Origin: a virus
Lineage: Duplodnaviria; Heunggongvirae; Uroviricota; Caudoviricetes
IMG/VR virus record: IMGVR_UViG_3300047548_001872
Direction: 5' to 3' (one strand)
Length of the DNA stretch: 37,032 nt
Of the stretch, positions 34,836 to 37,032 are shown in pieces. A program made the position numbers and the translations under genes. Numbering within the stretch: the stretch's first letter is position 1; each line of letters begins with the position of its first letter. The notes below the pieces were generated by a model. It worked only from the letters and a program-made list of their open reading frames with translations. It was not told where the DNA came from and searched no databases.

Positions 34836-34918
34836 TTTTTTGTATTTTATAGTTAGACAATAATTTTGAGGCTTGGTTATCGCTTAACCCAACCTTGCCA
34901 AGCCCCGAACCGTTACCA
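34787..34918 (+). mobile_element. attC-like site 3
   Basis: CACTAAC-atc-GGCTT.GCAAG ... CTTGC.AAGCC-ccgaacc-GTTACCA. Confidence 0.62.
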
Positions 34919-34924
34919 TACAAT

Positions 34925-35164
34925 TTAAAAAGCACCTACTTCTACAACATTAAAACAAATTTCTTCATAAACGGAACATAGACCTTCTAAGTCAGTTGGG
35001 TAATCGGGTGAGTTTTGCCAATCGATTTCGGCTTGTTTACTTTTGGGGGCTGTAAACTCAATCATCCCCTTTTTCACCGCTTCATATTCGTTTTCAGCGA
35101 CTACTTTAAAAAGTTTTAAATCATTCTCAAACATCGAGAGAATACCAACTACGTAATTTTTCAT
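34925..35164 (-). CDS. Hypothetical protein
   Basis: 79 aa; stop lies a few nt before the TGGTAAC box of attC3. Confidence 0.62.
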   Translation of the reverse strand: MKNYVVGILSMFENDLKLFKVVAENEYEAVKKGMIEFTAPKSKQAEIDWQNSPDYPTDLEGLCSVYEEICFNVVEVGAF

Positions 35165-35185
35165 ATCTTATTTCTTTAAACTGAT

Positions 35186-35347
35186 TTAAACTATTTTAGC
35201 TTCTAATTTTTTACGACGTGCTTCAATGAATTTTTGTTTAGATATACGTTGTTTGGCGATGAGTTTCAACTCGTCTAACAATTCCAATTGAAGTTGGACA
35301 AGAACAACTAATTTGTGGGATAGTTGGGATTTTCGGTTGGGTGTCAT
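35186..35347 (-). CDS. Small basic hypothetical protein (53 aa)
   Basis: Hand-translated MTPNRKSQLSHKLVV...KLEAKIV; ATGA overlap with the YopX-family stop. Confidence 0.55.
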   Translation of the reverse strand: MTPNRKSQLSHKLVVLVQLQLELLDELKLIAKQRISKQKFIEARRKKLEAKIV

Positions 35348-35793
35348 AGTCGTTCGGGATTTTCGTGGATGTTTCCTATAACTTCCATTTCTGACTGTAT
35401 TCGTGTACCATCTTGTTTTTTACCGTAATGACCCCACAAATTAAATCCAACTCCTTCAAAAGCATCAACTCCTTGAATACCGTAAGAAACTACAATTTTT
35501 TCATAGTCCCAAAAAACAACATCCCCCTCATAAATCTCCTTGCCGTTTTTATCGTGGAGGTCTATGAATTGACCCACAGATTCAGACTTTACGGATATAA
35601 AACCACCTAATGCTAAAAAATTATTCTCAATAATTGGATTTCCATTGTCGTCTTCTTCGCCAAAATCCCTTGTTCCAAAAAAGCAATAAGGCATAATATA
35701 AGGCATTTCTTTATTATTAAAAAGATACGCTAATTGACCATAAACCCATCCTTTACCGTCGGCTCTTAAACCTCTAAACTTAATTTCTCTCAT
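35344..35793 (-). CDS. YopX-family protein
   Basis: MREIKFRG..WVYG..VGQFIDLHDKNGKEIYEGDVV..EVIGNIHENPE. Confidence 0.92.
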   Translation of the reverse strand: MREIKFRGLRADGKGWVYGQLAYLFNNKEMPYIMPYCFFGTRDFGEEDDNGNPIIENNFLALGGFISVKSESVGQFIDLHDKNGKEIYEGDVVFWDYEKIVVSYGIQGVDAFEGVGFNLWGHYGKKQDGTRIQSEMEVIGNIHENPERL

Positions 35794-35810
35794 AACTTTT
35801 CTATTTCTTT

Positions 35811-35900
35811 TCAAATAGTTTTTTTATAAAACCACACTGATGTTCGTAATAAATTACACCACACTACAATTATTAGACAAGAGATAATAAAGGTTTCCAT
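35811..35900 (-). CDS. Small hydrophobic peptide (29 aa)
   Basis: METFIISCLIIVVWCNLLRTSVWFYKKTI fills the operon gap. Confidence 0.45.
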   Translation of the reverse strand: METFIISCLIIVVWCNLLRTSVWFYKKTI

Positions 35901-35905
35901 AGTTG

Positions 35906-36091
35906 TTATTTTTTAAATTGTTCAAACCATTTATTAAATACTCCTATAAGAATGTTGTTTCTGCCCATAGTATAAGCATCTTTAGCTATCTTTTCAACTT
36001 CTTCCTCACTATAACTTGAATCTAAAGATTTTCTAAGTTCCTTGATTTCTTCATCTTTTAGTTGTTCTATTTGTTTTTGAGATTTCCACAT
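35906..36091 (-). CDS. Mosaic hypothetical protein
   Basis: YSEEEVEK..KWFEQFKK modules. Confidence 0.65.
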   Translation of the reverse strand: MWKSQKQIEQLKDEEIKELRKSLDSSYSEEEVEKIAKDAYTMGRNNILIGVFNKWFEQFKK

Positions 36092-36098
36092 ATCTTAT

Positions 36099-36476
36099 TT
36101 ATTTTTTAAATTGGTTAAACCATTTCATTGTCACCATTTCTTCATCATTTGTGAATTTATCTAATTTAGAAGAGGGCATCATAATTAAATGATTTAGATG
36201 TTCTAAAACCTCTTCCTCACTATACTTATTCTTGTCTTGTTCTTGTTGAAATATTTTAAACCAATAATCTCTTGCTGCGTTTGATTTAGCACCTGCGATA
36301 AAATCTTCTATTGTTATTTCTCCTTGTGTTTGTGTTATTGATACATCAGGATGAATGTCGTTAAAATAAACCCCCCACATTTTTTTCGAATGTTTCTCTG
36401 CAGCCTCCTCAACCGTTTCTTGTTTTGGTTCTTCTCGGTTGAAATACCACTTCCCTTTAGTTCCTTTAAATTCCAT
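36099..36476 (-). CDS. Mosaic hypothetical protein
   Basis: KQETVEEAA, FIAGAK, YSEEEV and WFNQFKK modules. Confidence 0.7.
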   Translation of the reverse strand: MEFKGTKGKWYFNREEPKQETVEEAAEKHSKKMWGVYFNDIHPDVSITQTQGEITIEDFIAGAKSNAARDYWFKIFQQEQDKNKYSEEEVLEHLNHLIMMPSSKLDKFTNDEEMVTMKWFNQFKK

Positions 36477-36505
36477 AATTTGAGTTTTTTAAGTATTTGT
36501 TAGTA

Positions 36506-36535
36506 CAAATGTAGTAAATATATTTTTTGCTACAA
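36506..36535 (-). promoter_or_regulatory. Early-type promoter with conserved leader
   Basis: TTG-N19-TACATTTG then TACTAACAAATACTTAA. Confidence 0.82.
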
Positions 36536-36575
36536 CAAAAAAGTGTTAAAATTATTTTTATTTTTTGTTTTATGG

Positions 36576-37032
36576 TTTTCATTTTCCCGTTATACTAAGT
36601 AAATGCTTGATAATTAGGAATCTAATTTCTGATTTTGGTTAATGAATATCCTTGGAAACCCTCCTAAATCCACCCTACACCCCTCTATTCCCGACAAAAT
36701 ACCTTTTCATTTTCCCGTTATACTAAGTAAATGCTTGATAATTAGGAATCTAATTTCTGATTTTTGTTTGGTAATTGGGTTAAAAGTGGGTGTTTTTGGC
36801 TGATTCCCTCTATTCCCGACAAAATTCCCTTTTCATTTTCCCGTTATACTAAGTAAATGCTTGATAATTAGGCATCTAATTTCTGATTTTGGTTTGTGAA
36901 TTTCCCCAAAACCCACCCTACACCCCTCTATTCCCTACAAAATTCCTTTTCATTTTCCCGTTATACTAAGTAAATGCTTGATAATTAGGAATCTAATTTC
37001 TGATTTTGGTTAATGAATATCCTTGGAAACCC
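36576..37032. repeat. Non-coding tandem array: ~90-bp conserved block plus ~28-40-bp variable segment (runs off the window)
   Basis: Core TTTTCATTTTCCCGTTATACTAAGTAAATGCTTGATAATTAGGAATCTAATTTCTGATTTT starts at 36576, 36704, 36830 and 36947 (periods 128, 126, 117). Confidence 0.92.

Noticed and set aside
35273-35299. GTCTAAC...GTTGGAC as a fourth attC site
   Set aside because: Only a 7-bp stem inside a coding ORF; it lacks the long arms and the AACC-GTT end of the other three.
141-35610. Most plus-strand ORFs in the track
   Set aside because: They lie antisense within well-supported minus-strand genes and have no recognisable motifs or expression signals.
36576-37032. CRISPR array
   Set aside because: The conserved block (~90 bp) is far too long, the variable segments are related to each other and recur, and no cas genes are present.
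1-37032. Eukaryotic giant-virus origin suggested by the DUF5661-like domain and glycosylation genes
   Set aside because: Bacteroidota-type promoters, intrinsic terminators, overlapping start/stop coupling, lipoboxes and YopX/DUF932 genes indicate a bacteriophage.
1-37032. tRNA, rRNA or integrase genes
   Set aside because: No cloverleaf, rRNA-like segment or tyrosine/serine recombinase motif was recognised in this window.

Overview
AT-rich fragment of a large dsDNA phage genome, most likely infecting Bacteroidota (probably Flavobacteriia). This is inferred from TTG-N19-TAnnTTTG promoters, A-rich SD-less start contexts and tightly coupled ORFs. Nearly all genes are on the minus strand. From the left: (i) a putative late or virion-associated block with an AAA+ ATPase, a 1505-aa polyvalent protein ending in an ADP-ribosyltransferase, a NUMOD4-HNH and a zeta-like kinase; (ii) an accessory operon with a stop-interrupted nucleotide-sponge-like gene, a lipoprotein and a GT4; (iii) a glycan-synthesis cluster; (iv) replication and regulation genes including an acyl carrier protein and a DEDDh exonuclease; (v) an early region of small hypothetical ORFs behind near-identical host-type promoters; (vi) a tandem array of ~120-bp repeats running off the right edge. 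Two non-coding signals stand out. One is an integron-like array of three attC-type hairpins with a possible attI-like site, whose ORFs are antisense to the canonical cassette orientation and in which one gene starts inside an attC. The other is a promoter- and terminator-bounded ~160-nt plus-strand RNA whose loop is antisense to the shared 5' leader of several early transcripts. All family assignments come from motif recognition by eye, not database searches.
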